A DNA stretch of 35,326 nucleotides from Acidimicrobiia bacterium (GCA_029210695.1 JARGFH010000008.1:62001-97326), one strand, 5' to 3'; shown: positions 9,094 through 19,131, counted from the stretch's first letter. Numbers and translations: made by a program. The notes: a model not told the origin generated them from the sequence alone.

Positions 9094-10058
9094 AGCGAAT
9101 CCTCCAAAACATCGGCCAGCATCGGCCCTACCTCGGGCCGGTCGTTCATCATTTCCGATCGGTAGTAGGTGCGGATTCCGACCTCTTCGGCCGCATCCCG
9201 GAAGAGCATGTCGACTTCGTAGAGCGTCTCGATGTGATCGGTGACAAATGAGATGGCCACCATGCCCACCGTGTCGAATCCGTCGCCGGCGAAGTCGGCG
9301 AGTACATGTTCGGTTCCCGGCCCGATCCATTTCACCGGCTTCGTGCGGGACTGGTAGCCGAGCCTGGCGTCGATCGAGTACGGGATCCGATCCACCACTG
9401 CCTTGACGGTGGCGGCCGTCTCTTCTGGATACGGGTCGCCTTTGGCGACCACGCTCCGGGGAAGGCCGTGCGCCGAAAACAGCACGGCAGCCCCGTCCCG
9501 CTGATCATGTGGCCGGGTCTCGAGCATCTCGGTCACCAGCTTCGCCTGGAAGTCGAGATACGACGGATGGTCGTACCAGGTGCGCACGACGTCGAGCGGG
9601 ACTGCAACGTTCAGTTCCTCGAGCACCCGCCTGAGTTCGTTTTCCGAAGATCCGGTGGTGGCCCTCGAGTATTGGGGGTAGAGCGGCAGGAGAATGATGC
9701 GGTCCACGTTGGCGCGGACGAGCGAACGTACTGCATCGTAGGTATCCGGGCGTGTATAGCGCATGGCTACAGCCACTTCAGCGTCGTGTCCCCGTTCGTT
9801 CAGCGTTGCCTGGAGCATCCGGGCTTGTGCCAGCGTGATCTCCATGATGGGGGATCCACCGCCGATCAGCCGGTAGTTTCGCCTGACGAACGGCCCACGC
9901 GCTTTCGCGACCAGCCACCCGAAGGCTTTGCTCACTGCCGGACCGCCGGGGATGGGCACGAGATCAGGGTCGGCGAAGATCGCACGAACGAACGGCTCGA
10001 CTTCCTTCTGGTCACGGGGGCCGCCTAGTTGGGCCAGGATGATTCCAGTCTTGGACAT
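9090..10058 (-). CDS. hemH: Ferrochelatase (protoporphyrin-type sequence)
   Basis: LGGP, IGGGSP, AMRY, LPLYPQYS..TTGSS, LFSAHGLP, GDPY, YQSR..PVKWIGP, FVTDHIETLYEVD. Confidence 0.95.
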   Translation of the reverse strand: MSKTGIILAQLGGPRDQKEVEPFVRAIFADPDLVPIPGGPAVSKAFGWLVAKARGPFVRRNYRLIGGGSPIMEITLAQARMLQATLNERGHDAEVAVAMRYTRPDTYDAVRSLVRANVDRIILLPLYPQYSRATTGSSENELRRVLEELNVAVPLDVVRTWYDHPSYLDFQAKLVTEMLETRPHDQRDGAAVLFSAHGLPRSVVAKGDPYPEETAATVKAVVDRIPYSIDARLGYQSRTKPVKWIGPGTEHVLADFAGDGFDTVGMVAISFVTDHIETLYEVDMLFRDAAEEVGIRTYYRSEMMNDRPEVGPMLADVLEDSL

Positions 10059-10065
10059 GCTGCTC

Positions 10066-11451
10066 CTAGACAGTTCGGGAGAAGACGGGCTTGTCCCGTT
10101 TCACATTCTTGAGGTACACATCGAAAGCCATGGCGACGTTGCGAATGAACACCCGGCCGAGCTCGGTGGCGGTGATGTGGTCGTCGGCGACGGTAGCCAT
10201 CCCCTCCTCGACGGATCCGCCGGGCCCGGTGATGACCGCCAGCTCCTTAGCGAAGTACTCGTGGAAATCGATGGAGAACAGCTCCTCCACGTCGGGAAAC
10301 GAGAGATGCGAGTTGCACATCAGCTCGGTGATGACGTGGCGGCGGATCCGGTCGTCGTCGGATAGGGTAACTCCTCGCTCGACCGGCAGTTCGCCGGCTT
10401 CGATCGCTTGGTAATACGAGTTCAGCCGCTTGTGGTTCTGGGCGTATGCGCCGGCGACGTCGCTGATACCGGAGGTGCCGAGGGCAACCATTTCGGTTCC
10501 CCGCTTGGTCGTATACCCCATGAAGTTGCGCGAAAGCGAACCGTTGCCCATCGCGATGGAGAGTTCGTCGTCTGGTAGGGCGAAGTGATCCATGCCGATG
10601 GCGCGATAGCCGCCTCCGACGAGGGTTTCCGACACCTGGGCGAGCAGCGCGAACTTCGCGTCCCGATCGGGAAGGGTTGCCTTGTCGATCCTCTTCTGAT
10701 TGGGCTTGACCCAGGGCACGTAGGCGAATGAATAGACCGCCAGGCGGTCGGGGCGCATCTCGAGCGTCTTCTCCAGTGTGTCGCCCATCGTGTCGAGAGT
10801 CTGGCCGGGGAGCCCGTAGATGAGGTCGATGTTGATGGAATCGAATCCCAACCGCCTGGCTTCGTCGTAGAGGGTTCTTGTTTCTTCCCAGGTTTGGTTT
10901 CGCCCGATCATCTCCTGGACCGTTGGATCCAGATCCTGGACCCCCAGGGAGAGCCGGTTGAACCCCAGTTCCCTGAGCATGAGCAGGTGTTCGGGAGTCG
11001 TTACGCGGGGGTCGACTTCGAGGGCAACCTCGGCATCCGGCGCGATGGTGAAGTGCAACAAGAGCGTCTTGTGGAGGGTGCTGAGGTCATGGGCCGAGTA
11101 GTAGGTTGGGGTTCCTCCCCCCCAGTGGTACTGCACGACCGAGCGTCGCTCGCCGAGATGGTCGGCGACGATCGCCGCTTCTTCGATGAGGCGTTGGAGG
11201 TACACGTTGGAGACCGAGTCGCGGCGGGCGATCACTACGTGACATCCGCAGAACGAACAGCGGGCGTCGCAAAAGGGGAGATGCACATACAACGAGAGGG
11301 GCCCCCCTGCGTCGCGTGCGGCGTCCCGCAAACGACCCGCGTAGGCGTCCGGCCCGAATGACTCCGTGAACTCCACCGCGGTCGGATACGAGGTGTAGCG
11401 CGGGCCGGGTCGATCGTAGCGAGCCAGGAGGTCCGGCGTCAGCGAGATCAC
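10066..11451 (-). CDS. hemN: Oxygen-independent coproporphyrinogen III dehydrogenase (radical SAM)
   Basis: GPRYTSYPTA, YVHLPFCDARCSFCGC, GGGTPT, DLIYGLPGQT, IGMDHFA, RNFMGYTT, FSRTV. GTGA overlap with hemE. Confidence 0.95.
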   Translation of the reverse strand: MISLTPDLLARYDRPGPRYTSYPTAVEFTESFGPDAYAGRLRDAARDAGGPLSLYVHLPFCDARCSFCGCHVVIARRDSVSNVYLQRLIEEAAIVADHLGERRSVVQYHWGGGTPTYYSAHDLSTLHKTLLLHFTIAPDAEVALEVDPRVTTPEHLLMLRELGFNRLSLGVQDLDPTVQEMIGRNQTWEETRTLYDEARRLGFDSINIDLIYGLPGQTLDTMGDTLEKTLEMRPDRLAVYSFAYVPWVKPNQKRIDKATLPDRDAKFALLAQVSETLVGGGYRAIGMDHFALPDDELSIAMGNGSLSRNFMGYTTKRGTEMVALGTSGISDVAGAYAQNHKRLNSYYQAIEAGELPVERGVTLSDDDRIRRHVITELMCNSHLSFPDVEELFSIDFHEYFAKELAVITGPGGSVEEGMATVADDHITATELGRVFIRNVAMAFDVYLKNVKRDKPVFSRTV

Positions 11452-12443
11452 CGGTCCTCCCCTCGGACGGACGCCACCATGGCGGCCACGTTGTCGACTG
11501 GGGTGTCGCGGTGGATGCCGTGACCGAGATTGAAAATGTGGCCGGGCCGCCCACCGGCTTCGTCGAGTACACCGGCGACGGCCTTTCGGACCCGTTCCGG
11601 GTCGGTCAACAGAGTCGCCGGATCGAGGTTTCCCTGGATGGGGTGAGAAACGCCAACTCGCTGCCACGCCTCCGCCAGAGGCAGCCGCCAGTCGACGCCG
11701 TAGGCAGTGGCCCCGACCCCGTCGAAGTGGGGGAGGAGATGAGGGCCGTGGGGGGCGAAATAGATCGTGGGCACCGTCTGGTGCTCGAGGGCGGCCCTTG
11801 CAGGCGGAATGGCCAGGTCGACGAAATCGTTGGCCGAGAGGATGCCTGCCCACGAGTCGAACAACTGCACAACGTCGGCACCTGCACTCACCTGCATCTG
11901 CAGGTAGGCCGACATTGCCCGGCCGACCTTGAGGAGCGCTTCGGTGGCAACCGTCGGTTGGCGCTGGAGCGTGCTGCGGAGGGCCATGAATTCCTTGCTC
12001 CCTCCCCCCTCGAGCAGATAGGCGAGCAGCGTGGTGGGAGCCCCGGCGAACCCGATCAGGGCGACCCCGGCAGGTAGGTCCGAGCGTACGTTGGCGATGG
12101 CCTCGGCCACGAAGTCGACCTTGTGAGGCTCGAACTCTGGAAGCCGCGCGATTTGTTCGATGGTCATCGGTGCGAGTTGCGGTCCCGGGTTGAAATCGAC
12201 TGTCACGCCCATGGCTTCGAGCGGTGTCATGATGTCCGAGAAGATGATTGCGGCGTCGAGTTCGAATCGTCTGATGGGTTGCAGGGTGATCTCGGCTGCC
12301 ACGGCGGGATCGTGCACCGCCTCCTGGAACGAATGCCCGGCGCGTAACTCCATGTATTCGGGCAGGTAGCGGCCTGCCTGTCGCATGAACCAGACGGGCG
12401 GCCGGTCGAGTGGCTCTCGGCGAAGAGCTTGCAGCAGTCTCAC
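11448..12443 (-). CDS. hemE: Uroporphyrinogen decarboxylase
   Basis: PVWFMRQAGRYLPEY, DAAIIFSDI, LIGFAGAP, QLFDSW, QGNLDP, HIFNLGHG. Confidence 0.95.
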   Translation of the reverse strand: MRLLQALRREPLDRPPVWFMRQAGRYLPEYMELRAGHSFQEAVHDPAVAAEITLQPIRRFELDAAIIFSDIMTPLEAMGVTVDFNPGPQLAPMTIEQIARLPEFEPHKVDFVAEAIANVRSDLPAGVALIGFAGAPTTLLAYLLEGGGSKEFMALRSTLQRQPTVATEALLKVGRAMSAYLQMQVSAGADVVQLFDSWAGILSANDFVDLAIPPARAALEHQTVPTIYFAPHGPHLLPHFDGVGATAYGVDWRLPLAEAWQRVGVSHPIQGNLDPATLLTDPERVRKAVAGVLDEAGGRPGHIFNLGHGIHRDTPVDNVAAMVASVRGEDR

Positions 12444-13708
12444 GATGCAGCTTCGATGATGGCCTCTTCGAGCGCAGTGAGCGCGATGTCGAGAGTGCCG
12501 TCGAGGTGTGACTCCATCAGGAACCAGGTTTCGAAAGGCGACGGCGGCAGCAACACTCCCCGTCGCAGTGCGCCGTGGAAGAAGCGGTTGAAGAGCTCGG
12601 TATCGAGACCCGCCACGTCGGTCCAGGTGGTCGCCCGGTCGACCCCCAGGAAGACGCCTACCATGCCGCCTACCGCGTGAACGACTCCGGGCAAACCCGC
12701 TTCGGCGAGGGCTTTCCCGAGGCGGTGTTCTATCAACCGCCCGGCCTCCTCGAATCGATCGTAGAGATCGTCGTTGCTCCGGATCCAGCGCAGCGTTGCC
12801 AACCCGGCCGCCGTAGAAAGGGGATTGCCGGCGAGCGTACCGGCCTGGTAGACGGGCCCGTTGGGAGCGATCATGCTCATCAGGTCGGCCCGGCCTCCGT
12901 AGACGGCGGCTGGCGTGGCGCCGGCAACGACCTTGCCCATCGTCGTCAGGTCGGGCGAGACGCCGTAGCGACCTTGGGCGGATTCGCGGCCCACCCTGAA
13001 TCCGGTCATGACTTCGTCGAAGATCAGCAAGGCGCCGTGAGATCCGCACAGGTCGCGCAAACCGGAGAGGAACCCATCGGCCGGGGCGATACAGCCCATG
13101 TTTCCTGCCACGGGTTCGACGATCACCGCGGCGATGTCGCCGGTGGCGAGATGCGCCTCTACCGAGTCGAGGTCGTTGAAGTCCGCCACCCTCGTGTCGA
13201 TTACCGTCCGCTCGGGGACACCGGGGCTCGACGGGGTGCCGAAGGTGGCGAGGCCGCTGCCGGCCTGCACGAGGAACGGGTCTGCATGGCCGTGGTAGCA
13301 GCCGGCGAACTTCACGATTCCGGCCCTGCCGGTGGCAGCCCGGGCGAGGCGGATCGCCGAGGCAGTTGCTTCCGTCCCGCTGTTGACCATGCGTACGACC
13401 TCGATCGAGGGAACCATCTCGACGATCAACTCGGCGAACTCGACCTCTGCTGTGGTGGGCAGGCCGAACGATGAGCCGTTTTCCGCGGCCTCTGTGATGG
13501 CTGCAATGACCGATGGGTGCGCATGCCCGTTGATCAATGCCCCCCACGAGGCCACGAAGTCGATGAGTTCCCGGCCGTCGGTGGTGGTGACCCTCGCTCC
13601 CGACCCTGAAAGAACGAACGGTGGGTCTCCTCCCACTGCTTTGAAGGCCCTGACGGGCGAGTTCACTCCTCCGGGGATGACGGCACGAGCGCGTTCGAAC
13701 CAGCTCAT
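12440..13708 (-). CDS. hemL: Glutamate-1-semialdehyde 2,1-aminomutase
   Basis: IPGGVNSPVRAF, VNSGTEAT, GCYHGH, EPVAGNMG, FDEVMTGFR, YQAGTLAGNP. Confidence 0.96.
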   Translation of the reverse strand: MSWFERARAVIPGGVNSPVRAFKAVGGDPPFVLSGSGARVTTTDGRELIDFVASWGALINGHAHPSVIAAITEAAENGSSFGLPTTAEVEFAELIVEMVPSIEVVRMVNSGTEATASAIRLARAATGRAGIVKFAGCYHGHADPFLVQAGSGLATFGTPSSPGVPERTVIDTRVADFNDLDSVEAHLATGDIAAVIVEPVAGNMGCIAPADGFLSGLRDLCGSHGALLIFDEVMTGFRVGRESAQGRYGVSPDLTTMGKVVAGATPAAVYGGRADLMSMIAPNGPVYQAGTLAGNPLSTAAGLATLRWIRSNDDLYDRFEEAGRLIEHRLGKALAEAGLPGVVHAVGGMVGVFLGVDRATTWTDVAGLDTELFNRFFHGALRRGVLLPPSPFETWFLMESHLDGTLDIALTALEEAIIEAAS

Positions 13709-13709
13709 C

Positions 13710-14690
13710 TCATCCCTCCCTCAACGCCAGGGCGGCATCGATGGCGAAGTACGTCAAGACGATGTCCGCTCCGGATCGAACGATGCCGGTCAGTGATTCG
13801 AGCATGACCCGGTTCCTTTCGATCCAACCCTGTGCCGCCGCCGCTTCGATCATCGAGAATTCACCGGACACCTGATAGGCGGCGATTGGCAGGTCGGTGC
13901 GATCCCGCAGGTCCCTGATGATGTCCTGGTAGGGACCGGCCGGCTTGACCATGATCATGTCGGCGCCCTCGCCCTCGTCGAGGGCGGCTTCCCGCCTGGC
14001 TTCGCGGGCGTTGGCCGGATCCATCTGATAGGACCGCCGGTCGCCGAATGTCGGTGCAGAGTCGGCTGCCTCGCGGAACGGCCCGTAGTAGCCGGATGCG
14101 TACTTCACGGAATACGAACAAATGGTGACGCCTGTGTGGCCCGTCTCGTCCAAACTGGTGCGGATGGCGCTCACCCGTCCGTCCATCATGTCGGACGGTG
14201 CGACGATGTCGGCGCCCGCGTCTGCGTAGGCAGATGCAGCCCTGGCGAGCAGGGGTAGAGCGGCATCGTTGTCGACGGTGTCTCCGGTAATCGGCCCGCA
14301 GTGGCCGTGACTGGTGTACTCGCACAGGCAGACATCCGCCCAGCGCACCAGGCCGGGGGCGGCGCCGGCGACTGCCTCTATGGCTTTCGGAACCGGCCCG
14401 GCCGGATCCCAGGCCGGCGAACCGATCTCGTCCTTGTGGTCGGGGATCCCGAAGAAGATCATCCCTCCCACCCCGGCATCTTCTGCCCGTTTGGCCAAAT
14501 CGAGGATGCCGTCGACGGAGAGATGATAGTGGCCCGGCATCGACGCAATCGAGCGGCGGACTTTTTCGCCGGCGACCACGAACACCGGCAGGACGAACCG
14601 GGCCGGATCCAGGCGGGTCTCCGAGACCGTTCGCCGCAACCTATCCGTTCTGCGGAGTCGCCGGGGGCGGATCGTCGGGAACTGACTCAT
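13710..14690 (-). CDS. hemB: Porphobilinogen synthase (Zn-type)
   Basis: RPRRLR, DVCLCEYTSHGHCG, APSDMMDGR, YGPFREAA, DRRSYQMD, MVKPA, AYQVSGE. ATGA overlap with hemD. Confidence 0.96.
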   Translation of the reverse strand: MSQFPTIRPRRLRRTDRLRRTVSETRLDPARFVLPVFVVAGEKVRRSIASMPGHYHLSVDGILDLAKRAEDAGVGGMIFFGIPDHKDEIGSPAWDPAGPVPKAIEAVAGAAPGLVRWADVCLCEYTSHGHCGPITGDTVDNDAALPLLARAASAYADAGADIVAPSDMMDGRVSAIRTSLDETGHTGVTICSYSVKYASGYYGPFREAADSAPTFGDRRSYQMDPANAREARREAALDEGEGADMIMVKPAGPYQDIIRDLRDRTDLPIAAYQVSGEFSMIEAAAAQGWIERNRVMLESLTGIVRSGADIVLTYFAIDAALALREG

Positions 14691-15370
14691 GCTGCAACTC
14701 CCAGGTGTTTGGCGACGGCTTCGGCCAGGCTCTGGAACGTCGGAGCTTCGGCAACAATCGTCGCCGAAGTTCCGGTCCGATTGACCGCCAGACGGGTGCT
14801 CTCTCCGATTGCCGCCACCGGCTTGTCGAGCGGTCGTGACAGCTGCCATCCGGACACCGCCGACGGAGAAGCGAATGTGATCACATCGACGGGATCGGAA
14901 GGAGGGGCCAGGGGCACGCTGGTGTAGATGATTGGCGCGGAGAACTCTCTGGCATGGCCGGCCAGTTGCTGCAACGGCCTGGGATCGGCTCCGCGTCCAT
15001 GGGGCCAGGCGACGGATCTGCCGGTTACGTGTGGGGCCAGCATCTCTACGAGTTGTGCCGACCCGCCGGTGCCGATCATCGCCGCCCGGCCGCCACGCGC
15101 TTGCACCGCCCGGGCGGTGGCAGCTCCGACGACTGCAAAGTCGACGGCAGGAAGGGGACCTTCCGGCCAGAGAATGTCGATCGTTCTCTTTGAACTGACG
15201 ACCAGTAGATCCGTGAGGAGGGCGATGGCGCGAACCGCCTCGAGTTCCGGCTCAGCAGAGGACTCGACGCCGATGCAGGGGAGCAGCACAGTCTGCAAGC
15301 CGAGGAACGTGAACGGCATGGCGGCGGCTTGCGCCCGATCGGCACTGGTGGTGACGGCCACGCGTTTCAT
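14687..15370 (-). CDS. hemD: Uroporphyrinogen-III synthase
   Basis: RVAVT, LPCI, AVVGAATA, ITFASPSAV, AAIGEST; positioned between hemC and hemB. Confidence 0.85.
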   Translation of the reverse strand: MKRVAVTTSADRAQAAAMPFTFLGLQTVLLPCIGVESSAEPELEAVRAIALLTDLLVVSSKRTIDILWPEGPLPAVDFAVVGAATARAVQARGGRAAMIGTGGSAQLVEMLAPHVTGRSVAWPHGRGADPRPLQQLAGHAREFSAPIIYTSVPLAPPSDPVDVITFASPSAVSGWQLSRPLDKPVAAIGESTRLAVNRTGTSATIVAEAPTFQSLAEAVAKHLGVAA

Positions 15371-16230
15371 AACCCCAACTCCTTCCGTGCCGCCGCAACC
15401 ACGCCGGCGGGGTCATCGCCGAGGACCGAAGTGCGGCGAGCCCCGTTGTGGTCTTCGATGAAGGCATCCATGCGGATCCGGCCGTCGTGCCACTGCGCCA
15501 GGGCACCGAGTGCCGACCGGCATCCCGCCCCGGTCTCGGTGAGGAGCAGCCGCTCGCCGGCGACCAGAGGCGCCAACTCGTGGTCGTCGATGACCGCGAC
15601 GAGACCTCGGATGGGCCCGTGATCGCGCGTCTCAACGGCCAGCACACCCTGCCCCGGGGCAGGCACCATAGAGTCGAGCGTGAGAACCTCAGAGATGTCG
15701 TCCGTGTGACCGAGGCGAGTGAGCCCGGCCTCGGCGAGGATTGCTGCATCGACCTCGCCACCGGCAACCTTCCGGAGGCGCGTATCGACATTGCCGCGCA
15801 GTTCCCGGGTGGAGAGATCCGGGCGTATGGCTTTGAGCTGGGCAATGCGACGGGGGCTGCCGGTCCCGACCACGGCCCCTTCGGTCAAGTCGGCGAGCCG
15901 TGCTCCGACGACGGCGTCCCAGGGAGTCGCCCGCTCGGGCAACGCCGCCAGGACTAGGCCGTCTGCTTGGGCGGTGGGAAGATCCTTGAGTGAGTGAACG
16001 GCGGCGTCGGCCCGGCCGTCGAGTACGGCGGCCTGTACGGCTCGAACGAATGCGCCCATTTGGGTGAGCTGCGCGACAGGCGAGTTCCGATCAAGGTCTC
16101 CGGTCGAGTCGATCTCAACGAGTTCGATCCTCATGTCTCCGTGGACGGCGCGGAGCCGATCGGCTACGCGCCCGGCCTGGTAGAGGGCCAGTGCCGAACG
16201 ACGGGTGGCGAGACGGATCTCAGTCGGCAC
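15367..16230 (-). CDS. hemC: Hydroxymethylbilane synthase
   Basis: LATRRSALALYQA, AVHSLKDLPT, VGTGSPRR, LRGNVDTRL, PAPGQG, GAGC cofactor Cys. Confidence 0.95.
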   Translation of the reverse strand: MPTEIRLATRRSALALYQAGRVADRLRAVHGDMRIELVEIDSTGDLDRNSPVAQLTQMGAFVRAVQAAVLDGRADAAVHSLKDLPTAQADGLVLAALPERATPWDAVVGARLADLTEGAVVGTGSPRRIAQLKAIRPDLSTRELRGNVDTRLRKVAGGEVDAAILAEAGLTRLGHTDDISEVLTLDSMVPAPGQGVLAVETRDHGPIRGLVAVIDDHELAPLVAGERLLLTETGAGCRSALGALAQWHDGRIRMDAFIEDHNGARRTSVLGDDPAGVVAAARKELGL

Positions 16231-17452
16231 CCGCCACCCCGAAGACCTCGGCGAGGATGGGTGCGGCGCTCGCACCGTTCTCGGCCGAACTCAGGTAGGA
16301 CAGCGGACGGTGCAGGACGCGGTGCGCCACGGTCTGGGCAAGCTGGTTGAGAACGGCGAGTTGCTCATCGTCGACTTGGAGTCTGCCGGAGAAGCGGCTC
16401 ACCTCTTCATCAACGGCCCGCCGGGCCTCGGCGAGTATGGCGGAAATGACGGGACCAACCTGATGATGGTTCGTCAGCCTGGCCCACATGTCCGTCGCCA
16501 ACCCGTCGAGCACTTCTTCGACCTCGGTGGAGGTCTGGCGGTCACGCGCCCGGTCGGCGAGGTCGTCCAGATTGACGTAGCGAAGGCGTCCGTTGCATCC
16601 GTTCGGAGAAAAGTCCGGTGGCATCGCCAGGTCGATCAGAAGGAGTTGGTCCGGTCTGGCACTCAGTGCCTCCGCCAAAACACCTCCGTCGAAGAGCTCG
16701 CGTTTGGATGAGGTAGCGCTGATGACGACAGGGAATGAGGCGAGGGCCTTCGGCGCGTCGGTCATATGCCGGACCTCGTCCGCATCGAAAGCGACGGCGT
16801 CCGGGCGACGTGCGAACACGGTCACTCTCGGCGTACGCCCGGCGGTGCGCAGTGTCTCGGCGGCGGCGTGGGCCATCGCCCCGGCCCCGAAAATGGCTAC
16901 CTCTCCGGCGCCGGCGGCGAGGTCGGCGGCGACTAGCGCCATAGACCCGACGCCAGTTTCGGGCAGTCGCTTCCGAGCGGCTCGACCGGCCCGCACCGCG
17001 GATTGAAGGAGCTTCTCGAACATGCCCCCCGCCGCTCTATGGCTGCGGCTCATTTCGAGGGCAGTGCGGAACTGACCGAGCACCTCGGGTTCGCCGACGA
17101 TGGGGCTATCGAGGCCCGCTGCCACCCGGTAGAGGTGGTGGACGACGTCGCGATCGAACCTGACGACCGGCGCGGGGAGGTCTGCGTCCGGGTACAGCAG
17201 TTCGAGCACCCGCCTGTTGGCTCTGTCGCAACCGACCGACACCACTTCGACTCGCAGACAGGTGGCAAGGACAAAGGCGTCGACACCTACCGCTCGGACC
17301 CGGTTCAGAGCCTCCTCGAGATGAGGTCCGTAGAGAGCCAGCCGCGCTCGGTCCTCGCTGGATGTGTCGGGATGAGCGAACGTCGCCGATGTGACCCTGA
17401 AACTCGGATGAGCCACTGCCGCGTGCGTATGCCCTGCGATCGGCGTTGACAT
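16220..17452 (-). CDS. hemA: Glutamyl-tRNA reductase (divergent)
   Basis: TCLRVE (canonical TCNRxE), VAAGLDSPIVGEPEVLGQ, GAGAMA, IDLAMP; first gene of the hem operon. Confidence 0.88.
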   Translation of the reverse strand: MSTPIAGHTHAAVAHPSFRVTSATFAHPDTSSEDRARLALYGPHLEEALNRVRAVGVDAFVLATCLRVEVVSVGCDRANRRVLELLYPDADLPAPVVRFDRDVVHHLYRVAAGLDSPIVGEPEVLGQFRTALEMSRSHRAAGGMFEKLLQSAVRAGRAARKRLPETGVGSMALVAADLAAGAGEVAIFGAGAMAHAAAETLRTAGRTPRVTVFARRPDAVAFDADEVRHMTDAPKALASFPVVISATSSKRELFDGGVLAEALSARPDQLLLIDLAMPPDFSPNGCNGRLRYVNLDDLADRARDRQTSTEVEEVLDGLATDMWARLTNHHQVGPVISAILAEARRAVDEEVSRFSGRLQVDDEQLAVLNQLAQTVAHRVLHRPLSYLSSAENGASAAPILAEVFGVAGAD

Positions 17453-17685
17453 TATCTCCCCGATTTTGCCGTTCCTCTTACATCAGGTTGGCCGGGCTTC
17501 TTGACCGCACTTCAGGGCGAGAAGTCCCTTCTTGCTGGGTCACCGGCCCCTATGCGGGGCAAGTTTGGGCCAGATCTGCGGTCGACACCGAGTCGATATC
17601 GAGCCGACGCGGAGTCGGCCGGTGCAGCCGGCGCTCGACCCGGCAAACGAGCGACTCGCGACCCGCGACTCGCTACCCTTTCGCC

Positions 17686-18498
17686 ATGCCAGTTGGATAC
17701 CAGGGCGAGGCGTTCTCCTACAGCGATCGGGCTGCCGGCGAGTTGTTTCCCAACCGCCAGAGGATCGGGTTCGAGAACTTCGTTGATGCATTTGCAGCGT
17801 TGACTGCCGGAGACGTTGGTCGGTTGGTCCTGCCCATCGAGAACTCGACGACCGGGAGTGTGCTCCCGGTGCTCGACCGCCTTGTGGCGGGCGGGGCCAA
17901 GATCGTTGCCGAGCACTACGTCGAGGTGCGCCATGCGGTCCTCGGTGTGCCGGGGGCCACCCTCGATGGCGTCGTCAGCATCCGCTCGCATGCAGAGGCT
18001 CTGTCGCAGGCAGGCGATGCGATTGCCAGGCGGGGATGGCAGCCGGTGCCGGTGAGTGACACGGCGGGCGCCGTGCGGATGATTGCCGAGCGTGGCGACC
18101 CGACGCGGGCCGCGCTTGCTCCGCCTGAGGCGGCCGGGCCGCATGGGCTGGAGATCCTCTTGAGCGACGTCGTGGACAAACTCCACAACACGACGCGCTT
18201 CGTCGTGCTCGAGGCGGGTGACCCTGAGATACCGGCGGACGCCGACAAGTCCAGCGTTGCCTTTGAAACTCTTCACCGCCCGGGTGCTCTAGCGCTGGCA
18301 CTCACCGAGCTCGGCTTGCGGGGTGCCAACCTGACTCGCATCGAATCGCGTCCGACCGAGACGCCGTGGACCTACCGCTTCTTCGTCAATCTTGTCCATC
18401 AGCCGGGCCCCGAAGGTTTCACGGCAGTCTTCGACCCCCACCCGGTGACGATGGCCGAGATCCACCATCTCGGCACCTACCGATCCGAAGTGAGCTGA
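17686..18498 (+). CDS. pheA: Prephenate dehydratase with ACT domain
   Basis: YQGEAFSYS, LPIENSTTGSV, SHAEALSQ, NTTRF, NLTRIESRP, YRFF. TACCCT 6 nt before the ATG suggests a leaderless start. Confidence 0.9.
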   Translation: MPVGYQGEAFSYSDRAAGELFPNRQRIGFENFVDAFAALTAGDVGRLVLPIENSTTGSVLPVLDRLVAGGAKIVAEHYVEVRHAVLGVPGATLDGVVSIRSHAEALSQAGDAIARRGWQPVPVSDTAGAVRMIAERGDPTRAALAPPEAAGPHGLEILLSDVVDKLHNTTRFVVLEAGDPEIPADADKSSVAFETLHRPGALALALTELGLRGANLTRIESRPTETPWTYRFFVNLVHQPGPEGFTAVFDPHPVTMAEIHHLGTYRSEVS

Positions 18499-19131
18499 GT
18501 GAACCCGGCGGCGGCCTGGGATCGAGTCGAGGAGGGCTGGAAGGTGGCCTTCCTTCAAAGCTGGAAGGCATTCTCCCGCAGCTCATTTCCGGTGGGATCG
18601 GCACTGGTCGGTGGAGATGGGGTTGTCCTCGCTAGTGGTCGCAACAGAGTGTTCGACCCGGCCGAGGAGGGTTTGTCGGGATCTCTACTCGCCCATGCAG
18701 AGATCGACTCTCTGAGCCGGTTGTCGGCCGACGAACGACACGACGATGTGACGCTCTTCACGACCCTCGAGCCTTGTGTTTATTGCATGGGAGCAGTTGT
18801 GGTGTCCCGGGTTGGGACCGTCCGGTATGCGGGGGTCGACCTGTACGGTGGCGCGGCGGGCCTCCCGTTGGATCTCAATCAGCAGACTGCTCGCTACCCG
18901 TTGCGCGTCGAAGGGCCCCTGGCCGGCCCCTACGGAACGTGGGCGGCCGTCCTGCCGCTCGTGTTCCTTCTGGGTGCCGACCGCTGGCGACGGGTTGTCG
19001 ACCATGTCGGTCGGGCCGATCCGCGACTCCTGGACACAGCGGGCCGGGTAGGTGAGCTGGCTTCGTTGCTGGATCCGAAGTCAACCAGTCTGGCCGCCGC
19101 GCTCGAAGAGGCCTGGCCGATCCTTCAATAG
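18499..19131 (+). CDS. Nucleoside/nucleotide deaminase family protein (Zn-dependent)
   Basis: PVGSALV, AHAEID, TTLEPCVYCMGA; abuts the pheA stop. Confidence 0.85.
   Translation: MNPAAAWDRVEEGWKVAFLQSWKAFSRSSFPVGSALVGGDGVVLASGRNRVFDPAEEGLSGSLLAHAEIDSLSRLSADERHDDVTLFTTLEPCVYCMGAVVVSRVGTVRYAGVDLYGGAAGLPLDLNQQTARYPLRVEGPLAGPYGTWAAVLPLVFLLGADRWRRVVDHVGRADPRLLDTAGRVGELASLLDPKSTSLAAALEEAWPILQ

Noticed and set aside
10066..11451. HemW haem chaperone instead of HemN
   Set aside because: It has the GPRYTSYPTA N-terminus and RNFMGY, and lacks the HNxxYW motif of HemW.
7780..18498. Long N-terminal extensions in the ORF track (hemY 9330, hemN 11853, hemE 13547, hemB 14849, pheA 17446)
   Set aside because: They overlap neighbouring genes and are Arg/Pro-rich junk. 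The true starts coincide with stop-start overlaps or family N-termini.
18499..19131. tadA, or a defence-associated deaminase
   Set aside because: Only the generic HAE/PCxxC motifs are present, with a longer C-terminus and no defence context. The substrate cannot be assigned.
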